DNA from: Gemmatimonadales bacterium
GTDB lineage: Bacteria > Gemmatimonadota > Gemmatimonadetes > Palauibacterales > Palauibacteraceae
Direction of reading: 5' to 3'
Length of the DNA stretch: 49,088 nucleotides
NCBI GenBank assembly: GCA_050114915.1
Contig: JASFRN010000004.1
Coordinates: 1 to 49,088, forward strand
This document shows, piece after piece, positions 1 through 8,872 of this stretch. The position numbers and the translations under genes were made by a program. Under the pieces are notes generated by a model, which ran no database searches, was not told the origin of the DNA, and saw nothing but the letters and a program-made list of their open reading frames with translations. The number at the start of each line of letters is the position of its first letter. Position 1 is the first letter of the stretch.

Positions 1-703
1 CCAGCTCGTCGCCCTGCTCGGTGCGGACGCCGGCCACGACTCGGCCGGTGCGAGGATCCACGACGTCGCCGACCGCGTTCACGGCGACGACGGCGGCCAC
101 GATCAGTCCCGAGGAGAGTTCGATCGACGCCGAGCCGATCCCGCCCTTCATCGCCCGCTCGATCCCGGCCAGCTTGCCGACCGTGGCGCCCGCACCGGCC
201 CCCACGTTGCCCTCGGCGAGGGGGCCGCGTCCCTCCATGGCCGCCTGTGCGGCCCGGTACCCGCAGTCGGCGTCCGGGCGGATCGAAGGATCGCCGACCG
301 AGAGGTCGAACAGGATCGCCGCCGGTACGATCGGAACGCGTACGGGACCGGCCGGGAATCCGGAGCCACTCTCCTCGAGGAACCGGGAGACGCCGGTGGC
401 CACGTCGAGGCCGAACGCGCTGCCGCCGGAGAGCGCGATGCCGTTCACTTCCTGCACCGTGGCGACCGGGTCGAGGAGGTCGGTCTCCCGGGTTCCCGGC
501 GCGCCGCCCCGCACGTCGACCCCGGCCACGGCTCCATCGGGCGTGAGCACCACCGTGCAACCGGTCGGACGGCCCGACAGGGTGTGGTGGCCGACGTACA
601 CGCCGGGCACCTGGCGAATGCCCGTGCTCTGGGCACAGGCGAGGGCGGGACAGGCCAGCATCAGGACGGCGAAGATCGCGGCGGTTTCCGTGGGCCTCGG
701 CAC
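1..703 (-). CDS. P1 family peptidase (DmpA / peptidase S58), 3' end runs off window
   Basis: Absent from the ORF track; read by hand. GTG at 703 after GAAGGA; signal-like N-terminus, then VGHHTLSGRPTGCTVVL...GVDVRGGAPGTRETDLL...IALSGGSAFGL typical of P1/S58 peptidases. Confidence 0.88.
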   Translation of the reverse strand, partial: MPRPTETAAIFAVLMLACPALACAQSTGIRQVPGVYVGHHTLSGRPTGCTVVLTPDGAVAGVDVRGGAPGTRETDLLDPVATVQEVNGIALSGGSAFGLDVATGVSRFLEESGSGFPAGPVRVPIVPAAILFDLSVGDPSIRPDADCGYRAAQAAMEGRGPLAEGNVGAGAGATVGKLAGIERAMKGGIGSASIELSSGLIVAAVVAVNAVGDVVDPRTGRVVAGVRTEQGDEL

Positions 704-883
704 GCGGGATCCTTCGGCTCGGGGTCGATCACCCGGACGATCCGGGTGTACCTGAGGCGGAAAGAACGAATTCCGGCCGGGAACCGCAACGAGCGGGCGT
801 TGCCGCGCGGGCGAGACGTTTCCGCCCTCCAGGTGTGGCACACCCGCAACCGGATGGATCCGTAAGATACGTAAAAGTCTGTG

Positions 884-917
884 AAACAACGATTTGCACG
901 GAGGCATGGGGGTTGCT
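884..917 (+). promoter_or_regulatory. Putative sigma54 (-24/-12) promoter with upstream IHF-like site
   Basis: AGGCATGGGGGTTGCT at 902-917 has GG-N10-GC with TTGCT; AAACAACGATTTG at 884-896 is one mismatch from IHF consensus WATCAANNNNTTR. Confidence 0.55.
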
Positions 918-931
918 TGCTCCATGAAAAC

Positions 932-1243
932 ATGAGCGACCGAACGAATCTACCGACGAACCCCGAGGCGCTGATCGCCTGGGCCGCGCGCGCCGACCAC
1001 GCGAAGCGCGTGCTCAGTCTGTTTCTCGGAATGTCGCGCGACTATATCGAGGCCGACGTGGCCCGGGCCCTGGGGCGCGCCCTGCGGCGGTTGCCCGCGG
1101 GCCGCGAGCTGCGCCGCGAGAAGGACCGCAAAGTGGTGCGCGCGATTCGCACCCTGGTGGACGAAGTCGACCTCGAGGATCGTCGGCTGCGGGAGCTCTA
1201 CTTGCGGCTCCGCGACTCGGAGCGCCGCGCCGGGCTGGGCTGA
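932..1243 (+). CDS. Small hypothetical protein (103 aa), paralogue of the next gene
   Basis: ATG at 932; gapless similarity to 1285..1575 supports coding status. Confidence 0.7.
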   Translation: MSDRTNLPTNPEALIAWAARADHAKRVLSLFLGMSRDYIEADVARALGRALRRLPAGRELRREKDRKVVRAIRTLVDEVDLEDRRLRELYLRLRDSERRAGLG

Positions 1244-1284
1244 CGGCGTGACGAGGAACCGTCCTTGATCGAGCGAAGCGAACC

Positions 1285-1575
1285 ATGATAGAGCTGAATG
1301 CAGGCCAGAGATCCGCCGCCACGGACGTCGAACGCGCCGTCCGGAGGGTCGCCCTGTTCCTCGATTGGCCGGAGCGCAGGGTCGCCGCGAATCTACCGGG
1401 GGCCGTCCAGGACGTTCTCTGCCGCCTCCCGTGGGACGCCCGGCTGCGCCGCGAGCGTGACCAGGTGCTGGTCGCCGACGCTCGCCTCCTGTTCGGGCTC
1501 GTCGAGGAGGACGACCTTCGGCGGCCTCGCCTGAAATACCTCCTCGAGCACGCCGAGCGCCGCACCCGACTGTAA
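1285..1575 (+). CDS. Small hypothetical protein (96 aa), paralogue of the preceding gene
   Basis: Shares LFL...L.RLP....LRRE.D...ERR..L pattern with 932..1243. Confidence 0.7.
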   Translation: MIELNAGQRSAATDVERAVRRVALFLDWPERRVAANLPGAVQDVLCRLPWDARLRRERDQVLVADARLLFGLVEEDDLRRPRLKYLLEHAERRTRL

Positions 1576-1657
1576 CGCGCGGCGGCCACCCGCCCGCTCC
1601 CCCCTCTCTCCTCGCACCGATCTGCCGTCGCCCCGAGCGCGGCGGTCCCGCTCTCCA

Positions 1658-1677
1658 TATATATTGTCATGTTTGAT
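1658..1677 (+). promoter_or_regulatory. AT-rich -10-like element of aroF-men operon, overlapped by a box resembling the regulator-associated operator
   Basis: TATATATT at 1658-1665 in very GC-rich context; ATTGTCATGTTTGAT (1663-1677) matches ATTGTCAAGGTTGAT (10874-10888) at 13/15. Confidence 0.4.
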
Positions 1678-1728
1678 CGATGAGAGCCGGGGGCGATCCG
1701 CCGTCCGGAGAACCAGCAACGAGTCCGC

Positions 1729-2730
1729 ATGATCATCACCCTGACAGAAAACGCCGATCTGAACGGCGTGAGAGCCGCCCTGGCCGACCTGGGGCTGTGG
1801 ACCCGGGAGTTCACGGGCGAGCGCGGCTCCATACAGTTCCTCGTGCATCCGCACTCGGGCCGGGTCGAGCGAGCCGCAATCCTGGCCGTGCCCGGCGTGG
1901 CGGACGTGTCGGAGTCCGCGTCGCCGCATCCGCTCGTCGACTCGATAGGCCCCGTCGCGACCGTCGGCGGGGTGTCGATCGGCGGGGACGCGCCTCCCGT
2001 GCTCATGGCCGGTCCGTGCAGCGTCGAGTCCGAGGAACAGATCAACACGGTGGCGCGTCGCCTGGGCGAGTTGGGCGCCACGTTCCTGCGCGGGGGCGCC
2101 TTCAAGCCGCGCACGTCGCCGTACGACTTCCAGGGCATGGGCCGGGAAGCTCTTCGCTGGATGCGGGACGCGGCGGACGCGAACGGGCTCCGCGTGGTCA
2201 CCGAGGCGATGTCGGAGTCGACGATGGAGGCCGTGGCCGAGGTCGCCGACCTGATTCAGATCGGTTCCCGCAACATGCACAGCACGCCGCTGCTGCAGGC
2301 GGCGGGGCGCACGGGACGACCGGTGCTCGTGAAGCGCGGGATGGCCGCGACGGTCGAGGAATGGCTGGCGGCCGGGGAGTACTGTCTCGACGCGGGCGCC
2401 CCGGCGGTCGTGTTCTGCGAGCGTGGCATTCGCAGCTTCGACGACCGGACCCGCAACCTTCTCGACCTCGCGTCCGTCGCCCTCCTGCGCCACGTGCACC
2501 AGGTGCCGGTGATCGTCGATCCCTCGCACGGACTCGGCCGGCGGGATCTCATCCTTCCGCTGGCCCGGGCGGCGGTCGCGGCCGGTGCGGCCGGCCTCCT
2601 GGTCGAAGTGCATCCGAGCCCGGGCACGGCGCTGAGCGACGGTCCGCAGGCGGTGTCGTTCGAAACGGCCGCCGCCCTGGCGGACTTCCTCGGAACCGAC
2701 CGTCCGGCGGTGCTCGCAGGCGAACCCTGA
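1729..2730 (+). CDS. aroF: DAHP synthase (class I-beta, with N-terminal regulatory domain)
   Basis: MAGPCSVES, RGGAFKPRTSPYDFQG, QIGSRNM, KRG, CERGIRSF, VDPSH, EVHP..ALSDG motifs. Confidence 0.93.
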   Translation: MIITLTENADLNGVRAALADLGLWTREFTGERGSIQFLVHPHSGRVERAAILAVPGVADVSESASPHPLVDSIGPVATVGGVSIGGDAPPVLMAGPCSVESEEQINTVARRLGELGATFLRGGAFKPRTSPYDFQGMGREALRWMRDAADANGLRVVTEAMSESTMEAVAEVADLIQIGSRNMHSTPLLQAAGRTGRPVLVKRGMAATVEEWLAAGEYCLDAGAPAVVFCERGIRSFDDRTRNLLDLASVALLRHVHQVPVIVDPSHGLGRRDLILPLARAAVAAGAAGLLVEVHPSPGTALSDGPQAVSFETAAALADFLGTDRPAVLAGEP

Positions 2731-2740
2731 GCCCCGTTCC

Positions 2741-4147
2741 GTGACCCGGCCCGCGACGACGCCGGCCGCCGGTTTTCGCGACGCGCTCGAAGGGCTGACC
2801 CGCGAGGTGCAGACCTCCGCCCCGGGCCGCCTGCATCTCGCGACCTGCCGCCTTCCTCCGGAAACGGACCCTCTGCGCCTGTGGCGCGCCGCGTCGCCCG
2901 ACGTGTTCGCCGCCTTCTGGGAGGCCGATGGGGAGACGGTCGCGGGCCTCGGACGCACGCCCGAAGCTCCCGCCGACGGGAAGGGAGCGGCCGGGCGGGT
3001 CGCCGAGCCGCGGGCCGGAGCCGACGAGCCGCGGAGATTCGGCAGCGTTCCGTTCGCGTCGGGCTGGACGGACGACGACTGGCGTCCGCTGACCGCGACC
3101 GGCTTCGTGCTTCCCCGATGGAGCGTAACGCGCTCCGCCCCGGGTGAGCCGGTGACCGTGACCCTGGCCGTCCGGGCCACCGGCGATCCGGTCGACCGGT
3201 CGGAGCTGTCGTCGGAATTCGGCCGCATCCTGGCCAAGCTGACCGGAGCGGAAGACGTGGGCGGCATGCCCGACGGCCGGGAGCGCGAGAGGGAGCGCGC
3301 CACGCGGACGACGGCCGGATTCGAGGCTCCCCGGACGGACGATCGCGAGACGTGGGACGCCGCGGTGGGCGAGGCCCTGGCGGCGATCGAGGACGGCGAG
3401 CTCGCGAAAGTCGTGCTGGCCCGCCGCGTGGCCGCGCCGCGCCCGGCCGGGGTCGACGGAGCCGAGGTGCTCGAGCGTCTTCGCGCCGAGGGCTCCGGGC
3501 AATTCCGGTTCGGCCTGCGGGCCGGCGGCCGCTCGTTCGTCGGCGCCTCGCCCGAGTGCCTGTTCCGCAAACACGGCCCCGACGTCGAGGTCGAAGCGCT
3601 CGCCGGCACCTACGACCTCGGCACGGAGCGCACCCTCGTGGATGCGGCGGAGCACCTGTTCGCCAGCGGCAAGGACCTGGAGGAGCACGCGCTGGTCGTG
3701 CGCGGGGTCGTCGAGGCACTCGCGCCCCTGTCGGACTCCGTGGCGCCCGAGGAATGGCCGCAGGTGCGGGAAGCCCGTCGACTGGCCCACCTGAGCACCA
3801 GGGTTCGAGCGCGCGTGGAGCCGTCCGTCGCGCCCCGCGCGCTGATCGAGGCGCTGCATCCGACGCCGGCGGTTGGAGGGCTGCCGCGCGAGGCGGCGCT
3901 CGCCTTCATCCGGCGTGTCGAAGCGGCGCCTCGCGGCCTCTACGCGGCGCCCGTCGGCTGGATATCCGCCAGCGGAGACGCGTGCCTGGCCGTCGGGATC
4001 CGCTCTGCTCTCCTCCTCGAGTCGCACGCCTGGGTGTACGCCGGTGCCGGCATCGTGGCCGCGTCGGACCCGTCGTCGGAGTGGGACGAGACCGCCGCCA
4101 AGCTCCGCTGGTTCGGAGAATTGACCGGACATGGGGGCGCGGCATGA
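2741..4147 (+). CDS. menF: Isochorismate synthase
   Basis: KVVLAR, FVGASPE, ALAGT, KD.EEH, LHPTPAVGG, YAAPVGW, YAGAGIV..S.P..EW.ET motifs; men operon context. Confidence 0.9.
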   Translation: MTRPATTPAAGFRDALEGLTREVQTSAPGRLHLATCRLPPETDPLRLWRAASPDVFAAFWEADGETVAGLGRTPEAPADGKGAAGRVAEPRAGADEPRRFGSVPFASGWTDDDWRPLTATGFVLPRWSVTRSAPGEPVTVTLAVRATGDPVDRSELSSEFGRILAKLTGAEDVGGMPDGRERERERATRTTAGFEAPRTDDRETWDAAVGEALAAIEDGELAKVVLARRVAAPRPAGVDGAEVLERLRAEGSGQFRFGLRAGGRSFVGASPECLFRKHGPDVEVEALAGTYDLGTERTLVDAAEHLFASGKDLEEHALVVRGVVEALAPLSDSVAPEEWPQVREARRLAHLSTRVRARVEPSVAPRALIEALHPTPAVGGLPREAALAFIRRVEAAPRGLYAAPVGWISASGDACLAVGIRSALLLESHAWVYAGAGIVAASDPSSEWDETAAKLRWFGELTGHGGAA

Positions 4148-5922
4148 GCTTCGCGGCCCTGCAGGCGGCGTGGGCGGAATGGCTCGTCGAGGGGCTCGTC
4201 GCTGCAGGTGTTCGCCGGGCCGTCGTCAGTCCGGGTTCGCGGTCGACGCCGCTCGTGCTGGCGCTCGCCCGCGCCGAGACGGCGGCGAAGCTCGAGCTGC
4301 AGATCGTGATCGACGAGCGGGCCGCCGCGTTCGTGGCGCTCGGCCAGGCGCGCGCCACCGGACGGCCGGGTCTGCTCGTCTGCACGTCGGGAACGGCCGG
4401 AGCGCATTACCTGCCGGCGCTCATCGAGGCATCCGAGGCGCGAATTCCGCTCCTGGCGCTCACGGCCGACCGGCCGCCCGAGCTGCAAGGCCGCGGAGCC
4501 TCGCAGACGGTCGACCAGGTCCACTTCTACGGCCACCACGTCCGGCGCAGCTTCGACGTGGGAACCGCCACGGCCGAGATGCGGGCCGTCGACGGACTCC
4601 TGCGCACGGCGATGCTGGCCGTTCACGCCTCCCGCTGGCCCGACCCGGGGCCGGTTCACCTGAACGTACCGTTCCGCAAGCCGCTCGAACCCGATGGAGC
4701 GGCGCATCCGGCGGTTGCGGCGCTGTCGGAGCGGGTCGCCGCCACGCTCGGCGCGGGGCTCGCGACGCCCGCGCTGCCCGATGCCGTCCCCGGCGAGGAA
4801 GCGCTGGACGACGTGGCGGCGCGCCTCCTGGCCAAGCGCCGCGGCCTGATCGTGCTCGGGCCGGCGTCACCGCATGCGGCCGCTCCGGCCGATGCCGTGG
4901 CCGCAGTCGCCGAGTCGACCGGGTTTCCCGTGCTGGCCGAGGCGACGTGCCAGCACCGATTCGCCGGCCGCGGCGGCGGAACGATGTTCGACGTGTCGGA
5001 GCCAGCCTTCGGAGCTCCGGCGTTCCGCGAACGATGCGCCCCGGAGCTCGTCCTGCAGATCGGTGCGGCTCCGACGGGTCGCGCGCTGGGCCGGTGGATC
5101 GCGACCTCGGGGGTGGAGCGCATCGTCCTCGCCCGTCATGGCGTGCCCGAAGCGTTCAACCAGGCGTCCCGCATCGTCGTCGGCGACCTCGGGCCGACAC
5201 TGCGGGGAACGGCCGAGCGCGTCCGGGCGGCCGGATCTCCACCCGTCGATGCGTCGTGGCGGGACGAGATCGCCGCGGTGGCCGCCCGGTCCCGCGAGCT
5301 CGCGCGGGCGGCGGCCGGGCCGGGGAGCCAGGGAGAAGCCGTCCGCATCGCCGTGGAAGCCGTGCCGGAGGGCGGCTGGCTGATGGTCGGCAACAGCATG
5401 CCGGTGCGTGACGTCGACCTGTACGTACCGGCCTCCAACCGCGGAATCGGCGTGCTTTCGCAGCGTGGCGCCGCCGGGATCGACGGGTTGATCGCGGGGG
5501 CGGCCGGGGCGGCGTCGGCCAGCGGCCGGCCGACGGTCTTGCTGCTCGGCGACGTCAGCTTCCAGCACGACGTGGGCGGCCTCGCCGCCGCGGCGCGGGT
5601 CGAGATTCCCCTCGTCGTGGTCACGTTGAGCAACGGGGGAGGCCGCCTGTTCGAGCTGCTGCCGGTTCGCCGGCTGCCCGGCGTCGAGCCGACGTTCGAA
5701 CGCTTCTTCCTCACGCGCCCGGGGCTCGATGCAACGGCGGCCGCCGCGGCGTTCGGAGTGCGGTCGAGCCGAACCGAGGGCGCCGGCGAGCTGGAAAACG
5801 CCCTGTCGGAGGCGCTCGACGCGCCCGGCGCCTCGGTGATCGAGGCCGTCGTGCAGCCCGACGGGGCGGACGCGGTGCGTCGGACCTCCGAAGAGCTCGA
5901 TGCCTGGCTGCGCGACCGATGA
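4144..5922 (+). CDS. menD: SEPHCHC synthase (ThDP-dependent)
   Basis: ATG 4144 overlaps menF stop; SPGSRSTPL, DER.AAF.ALG, CTSGTA, TADRP, GPVHLNVPFRKPL, GNSMPVRD, RGAAGIDG, GDVSFQHD. Confidence 0.95.
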   Translation: MSFAALQAAWAEWLVEGLVAAGVRRAVVSPGSRSTPLVLALARAETAAKLELQIVIDERAAAFVALGQARATGRPGLLVCTSGTAGAHYLPALIEASEARIPLLALTADRPPELQGRGASQTVDQVHFYGHHVRRSFDVGTATAEMRAVDGLLRTAMLAVHASRWPDPGPVHLNVPFRKPLEPDGAAHPAVAALSERVAATLGAGLATPALPDAVPGEEALDDVAARLLAKRRGLIVLGPASPHAAAPADAVAAVAESTGFPVLAEATCQHRFAGRGGGTMFDVSEPAFGAPAFRERCAPELVLQIGAAPTGRALGRWIATSGVERIVLARHGVPEAFNQASRIVVGDLGPTLRGTAERVRAAGSPPVDASWRDEIAAVAARSRELARAAAGPGSQGEAVRIAVEAVPEGGWLMVGNSMPVRDVDLYVPASNRGIGVLSQRGAAGIDGLIAGAAGAASASGRPTVLLLGDVSFQHDVGGLAAAARVEIPLVVVTLSNGGGRLFELLPVRRLPGVEPTFERFFLTRPGLDATAAAAAFGVRSSRTEGAGELENALSEALDAPGASVIEAVVQPDGADAVRRTSEELDAWLRDR

Positions 5923-6064
5923 GGCGCGGCCCGCTGCTGCAGGCTTGCCTCCCGTCCTGAGATTCCTTCTTCTATCGCGGTCCGACCCGGCCGCCGCTGC
6001 GGCGGAACCCCGGGCGACGGATCTTCACCACGACCGATGAATTCCCGCCGGAGAAGGCGATACG

Positions 6065-6889
6065 ATGAGTTCCGTGAACTGGACGGCCCAGCCGGGCTAC
6101 GAAGACATCATCTACGAGAAGTCGGGCGACGGGATCGCGAAGATCACGATCAACCGACCCGAAGTGCGCAACGCGTTCCGCCCCCTCACCGTGCAGGAGA
6201 TGGAACGCGCGTTCGCCGACGTGCGTGACGACAGCTCGATCGGAGTGGCGATCCTCACCGGGGCGGGAGACAAGGCGTTCTGCTCGGGCGGGGATCAGTC
6301 GGTGCGCAAGAAGGGTGGCTACGCCGGCGACGACAACATCCCGCGGCTCAACGTGCTCGACCTGCAGCGGCAGATCCGCACGCTGCCGATCCCCGTGATC
6401 GCGATGGTCAACGGCTACGCGGTCGGCGGCGGGCACGTGCTGCACGTGATCTGCGATCTCACGATCGCCTCCGACAACGCCATCTTCGGACAGACCGGCC
6501 CCAAGGTCGGCTCGTTCGACGGCGGCTACGGATCGTCGTACCTGGCGCGGATCGTCGGGCAGAAGAAAGCACGGGAGATCTGGTTCCTGTGCCGGCAGTA
6601 CAGCGCGCAGGAGGCGCTCGACATGGGGCTGGTGAACACGGTCGTTCCGCTCGAGAAGCTCGAGGAGGAGACGGTGCAGTGGTGCCGCGAGATCCTCCAG
6701 CACAGCGCCACGGCGATTCGGTTGCTCAAGGCGGCGCACAACGCCGACTGCGACGGCCAGATGGGCCTGCAGCAACTCGCCGGCGACGCCACCCTGCTCT
6801 TCTACCTCACCGAGGAGGCGCAGGAGGGAAAGCAGGCCTTTCTCGAGAAGCGGAAGCCCGACTTCTCGAAGTACCCCCGATTCCCGTGA
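6065..6889 (+). CDS. menB: 1,4-dihydroxy-2-naphthoyl-CoA synthase
   Basis: [55 protein letters not shown]. Confidence 0.97.
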   Translation: MSSVNWTAQPGYEDIIYEKSGDGIAKITINRPEVRNAFRPLTVQEMERAFADVRDDSSIGVAILTGAGDKAFCSGGDQSVRKKGGYAGDDNIPRLNVLDLQRQIRTLPIPVIAMVNGYAVGGGHVLHVICDLTIASDNAIFGQTGPKVGSFDGGYGSSYLARIVGQKKAREIWFLCRQYSAQEALDMGLVNTVVPLEKLEEETVQWCREILQHSATAIRLLKAAHNADCDGQMGLQQLAGDATLLFYLTEEAQEGKQAFLEKRKPDFSKYPRFP

Positions 6890-7770
6890 GCCGGGTTCGG
6901 GCCTGGGCGATCGCGGCCCGGCCCCGCACTCTTCCCGCCGCCGCGGCGCCCGTCCTGGTGGGGACGGCGCTCGCCTGGGAGGCGCGGGGCCTGGCTCCCC
7001 TGCCGGCGCTCGCCGCACTCGTCGGCGCGCTCCTGCTCCAGGTGGGTTCCAACTTCGCCAACGACGTGTACGACTACGAGAAGGGCGCGGACACCGACGC
7101 CCGTCTCGGGCCGCTGCGCGTCACCCAGGCCGGCCTGCTCACCGCCTCCGACGTGAAGCGAGGCATGTGGACGGTGTTCGGGTGCGCGACCCTGGTCGGC
7201 GCGTATCTCGCGTGGATCGCCGGCTGGCCCGTCGTGGTGATCGGTCTCGCCTCGATCGCGGCGGCGGTAGCCTACACGGGCGGACCGTTGCCGTTCGGCT
7301 ACCGGGGTCTCGGAGATCTGTTCGTGATGATCTTCTTCGGCTTCGTGGCGGTGTGCGGTACGGCGTACGTCCAGGTGGGCCGCGTCCCGAAGGCCGCCTG
7401 GCCGGCGGGACTGATGGTGGGGTGCCTCGCCACGGCGATCCTCGTCGTGAACAACGTCCGCGACCACGAGACCGATCGCATCGCGCGAAAGCGAACCCTC
7501 CCCGTCGTGCTCGGACGCGGTGCGGGGGTCGCCGAGTACGGTGGGTTGCTGATCGGCGCCTACGTGACCGCCTGGTGGATGGTGTGGCGCGGTCTCACCT
7601 CGCCCTGGACGCTGCTCGCGTTCCTCACCTTCCCCGTCGCGGTCGTTCTCATCGTACACCTGCGGAAGTATCGCGGCCCGGTGCTGAACTCCACCCTCGC
7701 ACACACCGCGCAACTGTTGTTCCTGTACTGCCTGCTGTATTCGGCCGGGGTCGTGGCCGGAGGCGTCTGA
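6886..7770 (+). CDS. menA: 1,4-dihydroxy-2-naphthoate polyprenyltransferase
   Basis: GTG at 6886 overlapping menB stop; [35 protein letters not shown]...KRTL. Confidence 0.93.
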   Translation: MSRVRAWAIAARPRTLPAAAAPVLVGTALAWEARGLAPLPALAALVGALLLQVGSNFANDVYDYEKGADTDARLGPLRVTQAGLLTASDVKRGMWTVFGCATLVGAYLAWIAGWPVVVIGLASIAAAVAYTGGPLPFGYRGLGDLFVMIFFGFVAVCGTAYVQVGRVPKAAWPAGLMVGCLATAILVVNNVRDHETDRIARKRTLPVVLGRGAGVAEYGGLLIGAYVTAWWMVWRGLTSPWTLLAFLTFPVAVVLIVHLRKYRGPVLNSTLAHTAQLLFLYCLLYSAGVVAGGV

Positions 7771-7792
7771 TGGTGCCGCCGAAGGCCGTGCG

Positions 7793-8872
7793 GTGAGCGA
7801 ACGCGGGGCGGGGGCGCTGCGCACGACGATGGAGGATCCGTTCGGGCGGGAGCGTGAGGCCGTGGTGCTGCGCGTAGCCGACGATGCGGGCGCGGTCGGC
7901 TGGGGCGAAGCCTCTCCGCTGACCGGTTATTCGCCGGATGCGCTCGACGAGGTGGAGGCCGGCCTGGACGATTGGGCGGCGCGCTGGGAGCGGGGTGAGA
8001 TCGGGGAGACCGACGATGTGGGAGACGACCCGGCCCTGGACGACGCGGTCGCCCGGCTTCCGTCCGCCCGCTGCGCGATCGACACGGCTTTGTTCGACCT
8101 GGCGGCCCGCCGACTCGGTGTTCCCCTGCACGCGCGGTTGCTCGACTTCGGCCGGCCGGAGCGACCGGTTCGTCGCGTGCCGGTGGCGGCGCTGGCCAGC
8201 CTTCCCGGCATCGCGAGGCCCGGGACGCCGCCCGGCGTGGGGATGGCCACGGTGGCGGATGCCGTGGCCGGCGGGTACAGGACCGTGAAGCTGAAGATCG
8301 GAGGCGACGGCGGCTCCGAGGAAGCGTTCGCGCGCGAGCTGGAGGCGCTGGCGGAGATTCGCTCCGCCTTCCCTTACCTGCGACTGCGGCTCGACGTGAA
8401 CGGAGCCTGGGAGTCGGATGCGGCCCGGACTCGACTGGCCGAGCTGGCGCGCCACATCGAGCCGGAGCTCGTCGAGCAACCAGTCGACGCCCGGGCCATG
8501 CTCGACTTCGGTCCCGCGCCGGTTCCGCTGGCGGGTGACGAATCGGTCCGCGAGCCTGGCGCCGTCGAGCGACTGGCGGGCGCGTGCGTGGCGGTGGTGC
8601 TCAAGCCGATGGTGCTGGGCGGGCCTCGGGCCTGCCTCCGGTTGGCCGAGAGTGCCTTCGCCGAGGGGATGCAGGTGATCGTGAGCCACACGTTCGGTGG
8701 ACCCGTCGCCCATGCCGCCGCCTGTGAGCTGGCGCTGGCGCTCGCGGCGCTCGATCCCGCTTCCGTTCCGCCCGCGGCCGGACTGGCGGGGCACGACGAG
8801 CTGCCCCAGCGCGCGGGCCCGTGGATCGTGCCGGCCGGCGTCGACGGGCACGGCGTGGAGGGGCCATGGTGA
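7793..8872 (+). CDS. menC: o-succinylbenzoate synthase (enolase superfamily)
   Basis: GWGEASPL, KLKIG, RLDVNGAW, VEQP, GDES, VLKP motifs; operon context; start uncertain. Confidence 0.85.
   Translation: MSERGAGALRTTMEDPFGREREAVVLRVADDAGAVGWGEASPLTGYSPDALDEVEAGLDDWAARWERGEIGETDDVGDDPALDDAVARLPSARCAIDTALFDLAARRLGVPLHARLLDFGRPERPVRRVPVAALASLPGIARPGTPPGVGMATVADAVAGGYRTVKLKIGGDGGSEEAFARELEALAEIRSAFPYLRLRLDVNGAWESDAARTRLAELARHIEPELVEQPVDARAMLDFGPAPVPLAGDESVREPGAVERLAGACVAVVLKPMVLGGPRACLRLAESAFAEGMQVIVSHTFGGPVAHAAACELALALAALDPASVPPAAGLAGHDELPQRAGPWIVPAGVDGHGVEGPW

Noticed and set aside
21-755. 244-aa plus-strand ORF
   Set aside because: Antisense shadow of the minus-strand P1 peptidase
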